Below, piece after piece: positions 41,487-51,905 of a stretch of 64,000 bases of DNA; within the stretch, counting starts at the first letter, position 1; each line of letters starts with the position of its first letter. A program made the position numbers and the translations under genes. Location of the stretch: positions 4,041 through 68,040 of the forward strand of contig JBBACY010000008.1 of NCBI GenBank assembly GCA_041656735.1. The letters are read 5' to 3'. The stretch comes from Bacteroidales bacterium (GTDB lineage: Bacteria; Bacteroidota; Bacteroidia; Bacteroidales; Tenuifilaceae). The notes beneath the pieces were generated by a model. The model saw only the letters and a list, made by a program, of their open reading frames with translations, had not been told where the DNA came from and did no database searches.

Positions 41487-42938
41487 ATGAAAACAAATAG
41501 AATAGTTGCGCCAATAATTTATGCAGTTATTGGGGGGGCAGTGTTTTTTGCATTCACTCATTTTATCCAACCAAAACAGCCACAGGGAGCACCTTCAAGT
41601 GTTTTAACTACAGACACAGCGCCCGTTAGGCTCGCATCATTTGCGACCAGTACAGGTGAAATTACCGATTTTACCTTTGCTGCCGATAGAACCATACACA
41701 GTGTGGTGCACGTTAAAACAAAATCAGTGAGAGTGCAGCCAAATTACTCATTTGGCAACCCTTTTTACGATTTCTTTTTCGGCCCTGGTCAGCGTGAGTC
41801 ACAACCAGTAATAGGATCGGGTTCTGGGGTAATTATTAGCGACGATGGTTATATTGTAACTAACAACCATGTTGTTGACAATGCCGAAAATATTGAGGTT
41901 GTACTAAACGATAAGCGCGCTTTTGATGCCACGGTGGTTGGACGAGACCCAAATTCCGATTTGGCCATAATAAAGATTGATTCGAAGGATTTACCATATA
42001 TTCCATTTGGAAATTCGGAAGATTTGAGGGTTGGTGAGTGGGTTCTTGCCGTAGGTAATCCTTTCAACCTAAACTCAACGGTAACGGCTGGTATTGTAAG
42101 TGCTAAAGCTCGTAACATTAATATTCCTTCTAATCAGTATGCCATCGAGTCGTTTATACAAACCGACGCCGCCGTTAACCCTGGTAACAGTGGAGGTGCT
42201 TTAGTTAATTTAAAGGGCGAACTGGTTGGAATCAATACAGCCATAGCCTCACAAACAGGAAATTTTGCAGGATATTCATTCGCTATTCCAACTTCGATAG
42301 CACGAAAGGTTGCACTCGATATTATTGAATATGGAGAAGTGCAACGTGCCATACTTGGTATTAGTATTGACGATGTAACATCTGATAAAGCCAAGGAGGC
42401 TGGTATTAAAGAGCTTAAAGGAGTTTTTATTGTAGATGTTGTTGAGGGTGGAGCTGCTGAAGAAATCGGGCTCAAGGGAGGAGACGTTATTTTGCAGGTA
42501 AATGGAGTTGAAGTGAATACTCCAAATCAGCTACAAGAGCAAATTAGCAAGTATAGGCCAAAAGATAAAGTTGAACTATTAGTAAATAGGAACAATAAAA
42601 AGAAACATTATGAGGCCGTGCTTCGTAATACAAAAGGTGGTTTCGAGGTGGTAAAGGCCGATCAGGTGCTTGAGGTGCTCGGAGCCGAGTTTGAAGAGAT
42701 AGATCCTGATTTAAAGCGTAAACTGGGTATTCGGGATGGTATCCAAATTACTAGCATTAAAAAAGGTAAACTTCAAGAACAGGGCGTGAAGAAAGGGTTT
42801 ATTGTGACTCGAGTAAACAGAACTAGGGTTTCAACTGTTAAGGACCTGCACCAAATGTTTACAAACCTATCGGGAGGAGTACTGATAGAAGGAGTTTACC
42901 CAAATGGAGTAGTAGCGTACTATGCAATAGGCTTGTAA
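41487..42938 (+). CDS. Do/DegP-DegQ family serine protease with PDZ domains
   Basis: GSGSGVI, TNNHVV, SDLAIIK, TDAAVNPGNSGGAL; start placed at ATG 41487. Confidence 0.95.
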   Translation: MKTNRIVAPIIYAVIGGAVFFAFTHFIQPKQPQGAPSSVLTTDTAPVRLASFATSTGEITDFTFAADRTIHSVVHVKTKSVRVQPNYSFGNPFYDFFFGPGQRESQPVIGSGSGVIISDDGYIVTNNHVVDNAENIEVVLNDKRAFDATVVGRDPNSDLAIIKIDSKDLPYIPFGNSEDLRVGEWVLAVGNPFNLNSTVTAGIVSAKARNINIPSNQYAIESFIQTDAAVNPGNSGGALVNLKGELVGINTAIASQTGNFAGYSFAIPTSIARKVALDIIEYGEVQRAILGISIDDVTSDKAKEAGIKELKGVFIVDVVEGGAAEEIGLKGGDVILQVNGVEVNTPNQLQEQISKYRPKDKVELLVNRNNKKKHYEAVLRNTKGGFEVVKADQVLEVLGAEFEEIDPDLKRKLGIRDGIQITSIKKGKLQEQGVKKGFIVTRVNRTRVSTVKDLHQMFTNLSGGVLIEGVYPNGVVAYYAIGL

Positions 42939-43137
42939 ATAATTGCTTACCATACTCGCTATTAAACATAATGGTTAGTTTTTTTCTAATCACAATATTT
43001 GCTAACTTTGCGAACATTTTGACTAAAAAAGTATTTTTTTAGGCACAAAACACCCGATTTGGCCAACAATTCCTTGTAGCCAACGTTTTATACTTGACAT
43101 TATTTGCATTTTGCCATAACTTCGTGAAAAATTTGAG

Positions 43138-43998
43138 ATGAGACAACTGAAAATCACAAAATCGATTACTAATAGGGAGAGCGCTTCTCTTGATAAATAT
43201 CTGCAGGAGATAGGTAAGGAGGAACTTATTACCGTTGAGGAAGAGGTAGAGCTGGCGCAGCGTATTAAGAAGGGCGATCAGGAAGCACTAGAAAAGTTGA
43301 CCCGTGCTAATTTAAGGTTTGTGGTTTCTGTTGCTAAGCAGTATCAGAACCAGGGACTTAGTTTGCCCGACCTTATTAATGAGGGTAACCTTGGGTTAAT
43401 AAAAGCCGCCGAAAAGTTTGATGAAACTCGTGGTTTTAAGTTTATTTCGTATGCCGTTTGGTGGATTAGACAATCGATACTGCAGGCACTTGCGGAGCAA
43501 TCACGTATTGTAAGGCTTCCTCTTAATCAGGTTGGTTCACTTAATAAAATAAATAAGGCATTCTCTAAATTCGAGCAGCAATTCGAAAGAACTCCCTCGC
43601 CGGAGGAATTGGCCGAGATACTTGAATTACCAAAAGAGAAAGTTGCTGATACGTTGCGTGTGTCTGGTAGGCACGTATCAGTTGATGCTCCTTTTGTTGA
43701 TGGGGAAGAGAATAGTTTACTCGATGTGTTGGTTAATAGTGATTCGCCTAACGCCGACCGTGCACTGCTTAACGAATCGTTATGTCGTGAGATTGATCGT
43801 TCGCTAGCCACTCTAACTGAGCGCGAGCGTGATATTATTAAACTTTTTTTTGGAATTAGCTGTCAGGAGATGACGCTTGAAGAGATTGGCGAAAGGTTTG
43901 GATTAACACGCGAGCGTGTGCGTCAAATAAAAGAAAAGGCCATTAGACGATTAAGACATACGTCGAGGAGTAAGTTGTTGAAAGCATACTTAGGATAG
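43138..43998 (+). CDS. rpoD: Primary RNA polymerase sigma factor (Bacteroidetes RpoD)
   Basis: [22 protein letters not shown]; position after degP is the usual Bacteroidales arrangement; promoter TAACTTTG at 43003-43010. Confidence 0.93.
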   Translation: MRQLKITKSITNRESASLDKYLQEIGKEELITVEEEVELAQRIKKGDQEALEKLTRANLRFVVSVAKQYQNQGLSLPDLINEGNLGLIKAAEKFDETRGFKFISYAVWWIRQSILQALAEQSRIVRLPLNQVGSLNKINKAFSKFEQQFERTPSPEELAEILELPKEKVADTLRVSGRHVSVDAPFVDGEENSLLDVLVNSDSPNADRALLNESLCREIDRSLATLTERERDIIKLFFGISCQEMTLEEIGERFGLTRERVRQIKEKAIRRLRHTSRSKLLKAYLG

Positions 43999-44015
43999 TT
44001 TTTACAATACTATAT

Positions 44016-44049
44016 AAATAAAAACCCCGCAATAGCGGGGTTTTTATTT
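44016..44049. terminator. Bidirectional terminator between rpoD and fabI
   Basis: AAATAAAAACCCCGC-AATA-GCGGGGTTTTTATTT. Confidence 0.85.
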
Positions 44050-44067
44050 ATATATCAATTAAGTATG

Positions 44068-44907
44068 CTAATCACAATCTCGGCACTCGTCGAGGTTTTT
44101 ATTGTAAACAGCCATTGCCTTTTGGCTCATTCCCATACTCGAGAATCCGCCATCGTGGTAAATGTTTTGCATCGTAATTTTGCGGGTCAAATCGCTAAAC
44201 AGCGTTATACAAAAACCAGCGCATTCGTGAGCATCGGCATTACCAAGGGGTGACATACGGTCGGTAAAATCCATTAAACCTTCAAAGCCCATAACCCCGC
44301 TACCGGCGGTGGTAAGGGTTGGCGATTGCGAAATGGTGTTGATTCGAACCTTGCGTTCGCGACCAAAAATATATCCAAAGCTTCGGGCTATTGACTCAAG
44401 CAGCGCCTTGGCATCGGCCATATCATTATAGCCATAAAGCGTACGTTGGGCGGCTATATAGGAGAGGGCAAGAACTGAACCCCATTCGTTTATAGCATCC
44501 TTTTTCCAAGCTACCTGTAGCATTTTATGAAACGAAATGGCAGAAATGTCGAGTGTTTTCAGGAAGTTGTTGTAATCTAAATCGTCGTATGTTCGTCCTT
44601 TCCTAACATTGGGCGACATGCCAATGGAATGAAGTACAAAATCGACCTTACCTCCAAAGTGTTTAGTGGCTTCATCGAATAGGGTTTCTAAATCTTCAAC
44701 CTTTGTGGCATCAGCAGGGATTAGTAGCGCATTGCATTTTTTTGCTAGGTCATTTACCGAGCCCATTCGTAAGGCCACGGGGGTGTTTGTTAAAACTATT
44801 TCGGCACCTGCGGCATGAGCCATTTCAGCAACATGCCAAGCAATAGAACTCTCGTTCAGCGCGCCAAAAATTATCCCTTTTTTACCTTTTAGTAAGTTGT
44901 TAGTCAT
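44068..44907 (-). CDS. fabI: Enoyl-ACP reductase
   Basis: GIIFGALNESSIAW, LHSIGMS, YNDMADAKA (Tyr/Lys), RINTISQSPT. Confidence 0.9.
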   Translation of the reverse strand: MTNNLLKGKKGIIFGALNESSIAWHVAEMAHAAGAEIVLTNTPVALRMGSVNDLAKKCNALLIPADATKVEDLETLFDEATKHFGGKVDFVLHSIGMSPNVRKGRTYDDLDYNNFLKTLDISAISFHKMLQVAWKKDAINEWGSVLALSYIAAQRTLYGYNDMADAKALLESIARSFGYIFGRERKVRINTISQSPTLTTAGSGVMGFEGLMDFTDRMSPLGNADAHECAGFCITLFSDLTRKITMQNIYHDGGFSSMGMSQKAMAVYNKNLDECRDCD

Positions 44908-45050
44908 GTATTCTTAAGTTAATTAATAACAAATGTAATATAAATTGATGTTACGTTTATTTCGACTAATAAAAATGTAAACAAACCATTGCCGGCTATG
45001 TTCGTTAGTTAAGTTAAAATTAATTGCTGAATGCTTGTGTTGTGAGTGTA

Positions 45051-46709
45051 TTACTCTGTGTCTAGTAGATGTTTAGCGTTTATAATAGCAGCGTCAGAAA
45101 TCTCTTCGCCGCTAAGCATTTTGGCTACTTCTGTTATCCTTTCCTGAGGGGTTAATCTTCTTATCAGGGTTTTTGTTGTATTGTTACTGTGCTCTTTGTA
45201 CACTAAAAAATGATGATCCCCTTTGCTTGCAATTTGGGGCAAGTGCGTAATGTTAATTACCTGCATGCCCTGTGCCATATCGTTTATAATGTTTCCTACC
45301 TTATCGGCTATTCCACCCGAAACGCCTGTGTCTATCTCATCGAGAATGATAGTTGGTAGGCCCGTAGTTTTAACCATTAATGATTTTAGACTAAGCATAA
45401 GCCTTGACAGTTCTCCTCCCGAGGCCACCTTGGCAAGCTCGTTTAGCGACACCTGTTTATTTGCCGAAAAGAGGAATGATACTTTGTCTATACCCCAGTT
45501 TTTGAGAATGGGAAGCATTTCGAACTTTACCTTAAATTCGGCATGGGGCATACCTAGTTGTTCAAGTAGGCCTTTTATACTCTGCTCAAACTCTTGGCTT
45601 GCTGAAACTCTTTTCTGGCTTATGCTTTTAGCTTGTTTAAGTGCAGCGTTGTGCACGCTTTCTAACTTCGTGCTTTTTTCGATAATAGTTTGGTCGTAAC
45701 TAGTAATTTCGTTTACCTGATTAGCTAGCTTGTCTCTTAATGCAATTAGCTCGTTAACCGACGAAACATGGTGCTTTTGTTGGAGCGTAAAAATTAAATC
45801 GAGCCTTTGGTTTACAACCTGCAGTTCATTAGGGTCGAGGTCAACTTTTTCGTTTTGTATCTCAATTTCGTGTGCTATATCATTTAGTTCAATCCTAGCA
45901 CTTTCAATTCGTTGCGCCAATATTTCGGCCAGAGGATGGAAACCAATAATTTTTGAAATGGTTGTTTCAGCCTCCTTTAGCCATATTAGAGTTGACGTTT
46001 CTTCGGAGTTGAGCAGTAAAGATGTAGTGTTGAGCGCTGTTTTAATATCTTCGGCATGGGCTAGTTGTTTTTGAAGCGTTTCAAGTTCAAGGTCTTCTCC
46101 TGGCACCAGTTTTGCCTCGGTAAGTTGGTTTAGTTGAAACTGCAAGTAATCGAGATCTGCTTTAGCCTGTTGCGCTTTCTGTTTTAACTCGTTAACCTCA
46201 TTATTGAGGGTTTTATATTCCTCAAAAACTTTGCTGTATGCAATCAGGTCTCCCGCATTGGCTGCAAACGAATCAAGTACCGATAGCTGAAAACTTCCAT
46301 CGGCAAGCAAAAGATTCTCGTGCTGTGAATGAATGTCGATAATTTGACCTACTAACTCCTTTAGTATGGTAAGCGTAACTGGCAACTCGTTTACAAAAGC
46401 TCTCGATTTACCTGCGGGGTTTATGTGCCTTCGTATTGTTGTTACGTTTGAATATTCAAGATCGTTAAGATCAAAGAATTTTTCGAGATTATGACCATCT
46501 AGACTGAATGTTCCCTCAACCACGCAAGGTGCTGATTTATCTTTTAGGGTATTAACATCGGCTCGGTGACCTAAAATTAGGCTAAGAGCTCCCAATAAAA
46601 TTGATTTACCCGCACCCGTTTCGCCAGTAATTATGTTTAGCCCCTCATGAAAATTTATTTCAAGGGCGTCGATAAGCGCATAATTTTTAACAAGAAGGGT
46701 TTTAAGCAT
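45051..46709 (-). CDS. recN: DNA repair protein RecN
   Basis: ITGETGAGKS, IHSQHE, ASGGELSR, ILDEIDTGVSG, ITHLPQIA. Confidence 0.97.
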   Translation of the reverse strand: MLKTLLVKNYALIDALEINFHEGLNIITGETGAGKSILLGALSLILGHRADVNTLKDKSAPCVVEGTFSLDGHNLEKFFDLNDLEYSNVTTIRRHINPAGKSRAFVNELPVTLTILKELVGQIIDIHSQHENLLLADGSFQLSVLDSFAANAGDLIAYSKVFEEYKTLNNEVNELKQKAQQAKADLDYLQFQLNQLTEAKLVPGEDLELETLQKQLAHAEDIKTALNTTSLLLNSEETSTLIWLKEAETTISKIIGFHPLAEILAQRIESARIELNDIAHEIEIQNEKVDLDPNELQVVNQRLDLIFTLQQKHHVSSVNELIALRDKLANQVNEITSYDQTIIEKSTKLESVHNAALKQAKSISQKRVSASQEFEQSIKGLLEQLGMPHAEFKVKFEMLPILKNWGIDKVSFLFSANKQVSLNELAKVASGGELSRLMLSLKSLMVKTTGLPTIILDEIDTGVSGGIADKVGNIINDMAQGMQVINITHLPQIASKGDHHFLVYKEHSNNTTKTLIRRLTPQERITEVAKMLSGEEISDAAIINAKHLLDTE

Positions 46710-46737
46710 GGTTTTAGTGGGTTAGTTTACCAAAATC

Positions 46738-47676
46738 TTAGCGCCCCATGGTGTCGCTAGAGTTGATACGATTATATTTCGTAACGTTGGAGTTGTCAAT
46801 CTCACTTAGTATGTTAACAACCCGCGTTTTCTCAGCAGGGAACGATTCGGAGAATATATTCACGAATTCCTCGCTTTTTGCATCGAAAAACACCTGGAGT
46901 AAGTACATATAAGGGTCGGGTTTTTCTCTGAAAACCTTTTGGATGCTAGTAAGCAAATCGGCAATTTCAGCACGACCCTCGACCAACTTATCGCTCATGC
47001 GATCGAGCCCAAGCCGGTGGTATTTATAAATCACCTCCCTAATTGGCCTATACTTTGGGTTTTGAAGGTTTTCAGAAAGCCAATACCTGTTTTTTCTATT
47101 GCCATCGTATGCCTTCCATCCCCTTTCGCCATCGGCGCCGTTTTGGGCGTTATTAACTATATTGTTGGCCTTTTGGAAGTATTCGGTTCCCCCAAGGTAC
47201 GAGAACGAGTCGTAATCGAAACCCAGGATGATATAGGCATAGTATGCAAGTATGGATGTAAGATTATTTGAATGGCGTGTTTCAGAAAATTCGAGCTGGT
47301 CGAACTCAATATAACGAAATTGAAGGTTATTGTCAACAATGTTTAGCATTGTTGTATTGTATGATGTGCCAAAAATGGGGCGACGAGCCTGAACTTGAAG
47401 TGAGCCTCGGAATTCGTCGGATCCAATTTGCTCGTTAAGGGTTAGCGTAACGTTACACTCTATGCGTTCGTCTTGGCCATAAATATGGTTTGTCCACGGC
47501 GTATTATTCATAAACTCGTAAACTGCAGTTTGAAGAGTTTGAAACAATTGCCTATTTGTGCCCTGGATTTTTTGTGAGTTAATTTGCACGTTACACCTTA
47601 ACTCTTGCTGGAACGAGAGTAAGGGTATGAGCAGGAAAAGAGTAAAGAGCGTTAATCTGGAGATTTTCATGGCCAA
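46738..47676 (-). CDS. DUF4835-family protein (PorD-like T9SS-associated)
   Basis: QELRCNV.IN, RPIFGTSY.T, YYAYIILGFDYDSF; conserved position between coaBC and recN. Confidence 0.82.
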   Translation of the reverse strand: MAMKISRLTLFTLFLLIPLLSFQQELRCNVQINSQKIQGTNRQLFQTLQTAVYEFMNNTPWTNHIYGQDERIECNVTLTLNEQIGSDEFRGSLQVQARRPIFGTSYNTTMLNIVDNNLQFRYIEFDQLEFSETRHSNNLTSILAYYAYIILGFDYDSFSYLGGTEYFQKANNIVNNAQNGADGERGWKAYDGNRKNRYWLSENLQNPKYRPIREVIYKYHRLGLDRMSDKLVEGRAEIADLLTSIQKVFREKPDPYMYLLQVFFDAKSEEFVNIFSESFPAEKTRVVNILSEIDNSNVTKYNRINSSDTMGR

Positions 47677-47697
47677 AGTGTTTTTGAGCGTATTGGG

Positions 47698-48903
47698 TTA
47701 GGCAATACCCATTAATTTCACCAGCTGTTCAATAATATCGGTAGCAACTTCCTTTTTTTGTTTGGTTTCGAATTTATTTATAGTGTTGTTGCTGTGAATT
47801 ATGGTAACCTTATTTGTACTAACATCAAAACCAGCCCCCTCATCGTTGGTTGAGTTGAGTACAATAAAATCGAAGTTTTTCGATACTAATTTTTGCTTAG
47901 CGTTTTCTATCTCGTTCTGTGTTTCGAGTGCAAAACCAACTAGTATTTGGCCATCCTTTTTGTTTGCTCCTAAGTGTTTAGCAATATCTTTTGTGGGTTC
48001 AAGCTCAAGAGTGAGCGATTTATCTTTGCTCTTAATTTTCTGATTAACAACTTGTTTTGGGGTAAAGTCGCTTACGGCAGCAGCTAAAATAGCAGCATCA
48101 CAGATACCAAATTGGCTTGTTGCCGCTTCAAACATTTGTTCGGCGCTGGTTACCTTTTGTATCTCAATGTTTGGGTGGTTGGGGATTTCTTTTGATGGCC
48201 CCGTAATCATAATAACCTTAGCCCCTTTTTCGGCAAGAGCTAAAGCTAAGGCGGCGCCCATTTTTCCAGACGAGCGGTTTCCTATAAACCGAACAGGATC
48301 AATTGGTTCGAATGTTGGGCCCGAGGTAACGAGAATGGTTTTATTGTGAAGTAATTGGCTGTTTGAGAAGAACTGTGCAACATTTTTTGCAATAGCCTCG
48401 GGTTCCTCCATTCTGCCTTTCCCCATTAATCCGCTAGCAAGTTCACCCGTGGTGGCTTCAATAATTATGTTGCCTCGGTGGCAAAGTTTTTCTATGTTCT
48501 CTTGTGTAGCTGGGTGCTTGAACATATCTAAATCCATGGCAGGTGCCACCATAACGGGGCATTTTGCCGATAGATAAGATGTGAGTAGCAGGTTGTCGGC
48601 AATGCCATTAGCCATTTTGGCAATGGTGTTTGCCGATGCAGGGGCAATAAGGTATAAATCAGCCCATATACCTAAATCGACATGGCTATTCCAACTTCCA
48701 TTTTCGGGGTCAAAAAAATCGACAAGTATTGGACTTTTCGAGAGGGTTGCAAGCGTTAAAGGGGTAATAAACTCTTTTGCAAGTGGGGTCATAACAACTT
48801 TAACATTAGCCCCTTGCTTAACCAAAAGACGAACTAACGTAGCTGCTTTGTAGGCTGCTATGCTACCGGTTATGCCAAGCAGTATGTTTTTCCCCTTAAT
48901 CAT
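47698..48903 (-). CDS. coaBC: Bifunctional phosphopantothenoylcysteine decarboxylase/ligase
   Basis: GITGSIAAYK, APASANTIAK, APAMD, TSGPTFEPIDPVRFIGNRSSGKMG, GFALET. Confidence 0.97.
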   Translation of the reverse strand: MIKGKNILLGITGSIAAYKAATLVRLLVKQGANVKVVMTPLAKEFITPLTLATLSKSPILVDFFDPENGSWNSHVDLGIWADLYLIAPASANTIAKMANGIADNLLLTSYLSAKCPVMVAPAMDLDMFKHPATQENIEKLCHRGNIIIEATTGELASGLMGKGRMEEPEAIAKNVAQFFSNSQLLHNKTILVTSGPTFEPIDPVRFIGNRSSGKMGAALALALAEKGAKVIMITGPSKEIPNHPNIEIQKVTSAEQMFEAATSQFGICDAAILAAAVSDFTPKQVVNQKIKSKDKSLTLELEPTKDIAKHLGANKKDGQILVGFALETQNEIENAKQKLVSKNFDFIVLNSTNDEGAGFDVSTNKVTIIHSNNTINKFETKQKKEVATDIIEQLVKLMGIA

Positions 48904-49238
48904 TAGCTTCCCTGTTCTTGTCCCTCAAAACCTTTACGGTGGTATAATTTTGAATCTAAAAATTCTTGTAGCGCAATAAGAGCAGGCTTTGGAAGACGTT
49001 CGTAAAACTTGCTAATTTCTATTTGCTCACGATTTTCAAAAACTTCCTCCAGATTGTCAGTGTAGTAGGCAAACTCTTCTAGTTTTCGGTTTAGCTCATA
49101 CTTCATTTCCTGGCTTATTTTATTGGCGCGTTTACCAATAATACGAACAGATTCGTAAATATTTCCTGTTTCCGAATCGAGTTCGCTGAAATTCTGAGTT
49201 GTTGTTGTTAAGGGTGCCGTCAATTTTTTGAAATCCAT
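48903..49238 (-). CDS. rpoZ: RNA polymerase omega subunit (Bacteroidetes type)
   Basis: TGNIYESV.II.KRA..I, EEVFENREQIEISKFYERLPKP; TAATG overlap with coaBC. Confidence 0.9.
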   Translation of the reverse strand: MDFKKLTAPLTTTTQNFSELDSETGNIYESVRIIGKRANKISQEMKYELNRKLEEFAYYTDNLEEVFENREQIEISKFYERLPKPALIALQEFLDSKLYHRKGFEGQEQGS

Positions 49239-49250
49239 AGCTATTTTGAT

Positions 49251-50045
49251 TTATTTGTTTTCTGTAACTTTAATGGTGCTGGCATAAATTCTTTCAGCTT
49301 CGCGCTTGTGTTTTGTTTCGGGGTACTCTCCCATAAGATTATAGTACTCATCAAGTGTGTTCTGAAAACGTTCTTTTCGTTTCTCAACTACGCTGTTGCT
49401 GGCTAAACTGTATGAGGCCTGTAGTACCATAAAAAGCATATCTTCACGATACTCGGTAGTGGGGAACTCTATTAAACTATTTTTAAGGGCAGTAATAGCC
49501 GATTTGTAGTCATCCATATCATAGTAAAGTTTTGCGCTTATGTATGATTTTTCGACAAGTTTATTACGCAACTCGTTAAGGATAGTGTTTACCTCTGCCT
49601 TTCGGGTTGTGTTAGGGTATCGAGTAATAAACTCACTAAAAGCCGAAATAGCTTGTTGTGTTGTTTGCTGATCTAACAAAGGCCTAGGCGACGATTTATA
49701 AAAGCAGTAAGCATACATAAATTCTGCCTGTTCTTTAAATTCGCTGCGAGGGTAGTTCTTTCGATACTGGTCAAAATAGTGTGCCGCCAAAAGATAGTCA
49801 CCCTGGTAAAAGTACCCATTTGATAGGTAAAAGTCTATCGTATCGGCCTGCATTGTGCCTTTGTAAACAGGACTAATATGCTCAAATAGCGTTGTGTACT
49901 TGTAGTGGTCTTTGTTCTTGTAGAACTCGAGCCCTTCTTTGTACATAAGCGGGTAGTCCTTGGTTTTTAGTAGTTTATCAATTTTGCTGCACGATGCACC
50001 AACTAAAACCAGAATAATAATTGCAATGAGGTTTATCCTTTTCAT
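49251..50045 (-). CDS. bamD: Outer membrane assembly lipoprotein BamD
   Basis: Lipobox GASC, TPR helices, LDQQTT..AI..F..FI..YP; promoter TAACTTTG on the minus strand at 50117-50124. Confidence 0.9.
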   Translation of the reverse strand: MKRINLIAIIILVLVGASCSKIDKLLKTKDYPLMYKEGLEFYKNKDHYKYTTLFEHISPVYKGTMQADTIDFYLSNGYFYQGDYLLAAHYFDQYRKNYPRSEFKEQAEFMYAYCFYKSSPRPLLDQQTTQQAISAFSEFITRYPNTTRKAEVNTILNELRNKLVEKSYISAKLYYDMDDYKSAITALKNSLIEFPTTEYREDMLFMVLQASYSLASNSVVEKRKERFQNTLDEYYNLMGEYPETKHKREAERIYASTIKVTENK

Positions 50046-50309
50046 AACTAGTAACTAATCAATTCAATGTATAAACACAATTATTACACGGTTATTGTGT
50101 CCAGTATTTAAGCGAGCAAAGTTAGTAAGATAATTGTAAGATGCGATGCAATAGTTTAGTAAATTACCTCTTAGGAGGTTAAAAAGTTTTAATAATTCAA
50201 GTGATACATTTTTTGTTAGCCCAACAAAAGATGAATTATTTACTTTTCTGTTTAAAAAAAATTACTTTTGTCCATAATTCCGACTATGTTTCACTAAAAC
50301 GTTATTATC

Positions 50310-51551
50310 GTGGATATATTTGATAAACTTAGACAAGGTATGGGGCCCATTGGTCAGTATCATAAAGAAGGGCATGGCTACTTTGCGTTTCCAAAACTAG
50401 AAGGCGAAATTAAACCGTGGATGACCTTTAGAGGTAAAGAGGTTTTAACCTGGAGTTTAAATAATTACCTCGGTTTGGCAAATCACCCTGAAGTGCGTAA
50501 GGCCGATGCCGAAGGGGCTGCTAAGTATGGTATGGCCTATCCAATGGGGGCACGAATGATGAGTGGGCAAACCAAACTCCACGAGGAACTTGAAGTAAAG
50601 CTTGCCGCTTTTGTTGGTAAACCAGCAGCATACTTATTAAACTATGGTTACCAGGGGATGGTTTCGATTATTGATTCGTTGGTATCGCGTAATGATGTGG
50701 TGGTTTACGATTCGGAGTCGCATGCTTGTATTATTGATGGGCTAAGGTTATTTCCCGGCAAACGCTTTGTATACGCACATAATGATATGGATAACCTGCG
50801 TAAGCAACTTACGCACGCAACTCGCCTTGCCGAAAAAACAGGAGGAGGAATACTTGTAATTACCGAAGGCGTTTTTGGAATGGCTGGCGACTTAGGTAAT
50901 TTGAAGGATATAGTTGCTTTTAAAAAGGAGTTTAGCTTCCGATTGCTAGTTGATGATGCGCATGGCTTTGGCACAATGGGTAAAACAGGATCTGGAGTAC
51001 CAGAGCATTTCGGAGTTCAAGATGAGGTGGATCTTCATTTTGCAACATTCGCGAAGAGCGGTGCGGGCATTGGTGCTTTTGTGGCGGCCGACGAGGATAT
51101 TATTAGGTATTTAGCTTATAATTTACGTTCGCAGATATTCGCAAAATCACTACCCATGCCTATGGTTGTTGGTGCTTTAAAACGACTAGAGGTAATGCAA
51201 TCGCAACCCGAGCTAAAGGAGAACCTTTGGAAAATTGTGGATGCTTTACAGAGCGGACTTAAGAAGGTTGGTTTGGATATTGGAGTAACCGAGTCGCCTG
51301 TTACACCAGTTTATATGAAGGGTAATGTGCCCGAAGCCACCAATATGGTTTTTGATTTGCGTGAGAACTACAATATTTTCTGTTCAATTGTGGTTTACCC
51401 AGTTGTTCCAAAGGGACAAATGCTATTACGCCTTATACCAACCGCTGTTCACACCCTCGAGGATGTTGAAATTACGATTAAAGCTTTTGCTGAGTGTGCG
51501 CAGAAGTTGAAGGATGGGAAGTATTACGCCGAAAAAATGTCGCAGATATAG
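50310..51551 (+). CDS. Alpha-oxoamine synthase family PLP enzyme, SulA/CapB-like cysteate C-acyltransferase candidate
   Basis: WSLNNYLGLA, MGARMMSGQT, HACIIDG, DDAHG, TFAKS (PLP Lys) and a second Lys 30 residues later in SQIFAKSLP; promoter TACTTTTG at 50263-50270. Confidence 0.8.
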   Translation: MDIFDKLRQGMGPIGQYHKEGHGYFAFPKLEGEIKPWMTFRGKEVLTWSLNNYLGLANHPEVRKADAEGAAKYGMAYPMGARMMSGQTKLHEELEVKLAAFVGKPAAYLLNYGYQGMVSIIDSLVSRNDVVVYDSESHACIIDGLRLFPGKRFVYAHNDMDNLRKQLTHATRLAEKTGGGILVITEGVFGMAGDLGNLKDIVAFKKEFSFRLLVDDAHGFGTMGKTGSGVPEHFGVQDEVDLHFATFAKSGAGIGAFVAADEDIIRYLAYNLRSQIFAKSLPMPMVVGALKRLEVMQSQPELKENLWKIVDALQSGLKKVGLDIGVTESPVTPVYMKGNVPEATNMVFDLRENYNIFCSIVVYPVVPKGQMLLRLIPTAVHTLEDVEITIKAFAECAQKLKDGKYYAEKMSQI

Positions 51552-51552
51552 A
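51422..51552 (+). repeat. Direct repeat copy 1 (3' end of the SulA-like gene)
   Basis: Ungapped match to 60941-61071 with 9 mismatches in 131 bp (manual alignment). Confidence 0.95.
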
Positions 51553-51740
51553 GTTGTAAAATGATTTTGTTTAGTTAATAAGATGTAATTTACTAGCCAA
51601 TTATAACTGCCATTTCTACTTACGTTTGGCTTCGTTCATTATATTTAATCAGGCTAACGGTAAGACTGAGTTACCTGCCTTGAGCGAAGGTGATTTAGAA
51701 GTATTGACTTGTTAATATACTAATGATACATATAAAGAGG

Positions 51741-51766
51741 AGGCTGTCTTTTTAGACAGCCTTTAT
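51741..51766 (+). terminator. Terminator hairpin after the SulA-like gene
   Basis: AGGCTGTCT-TTTT-AGACAGCCT followed by TTATT. Confidence 0.7.
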
Positions 51767-51905
51767 TGTGTTAAGTTCCAACCTCATTTGGATAATTTAT
51801 TACCATTTAGGCGTAAGCATAAATTTTATCAACTTAACAATTTAAGGGTTCTGTTGTTAACACATTTTAAATAACAGGATTTGTTTTACCCTTAAATTAC
51901 TAGGT

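Noticed and set aside
50310-51551. bioF or kbl assignment
   Set aside because: No biotin or threonine catabolism neighbours, and the motifs fit the SulA-like subfamily better; symbol left blank pending a search.
51560-51715. Short open frame after the SulA-like gene (…NQANGKTELPALSEGDLEVLTC)
   Set aside because: No start codon and no integrase or other family motif; cannot be called a recombinase remnant.
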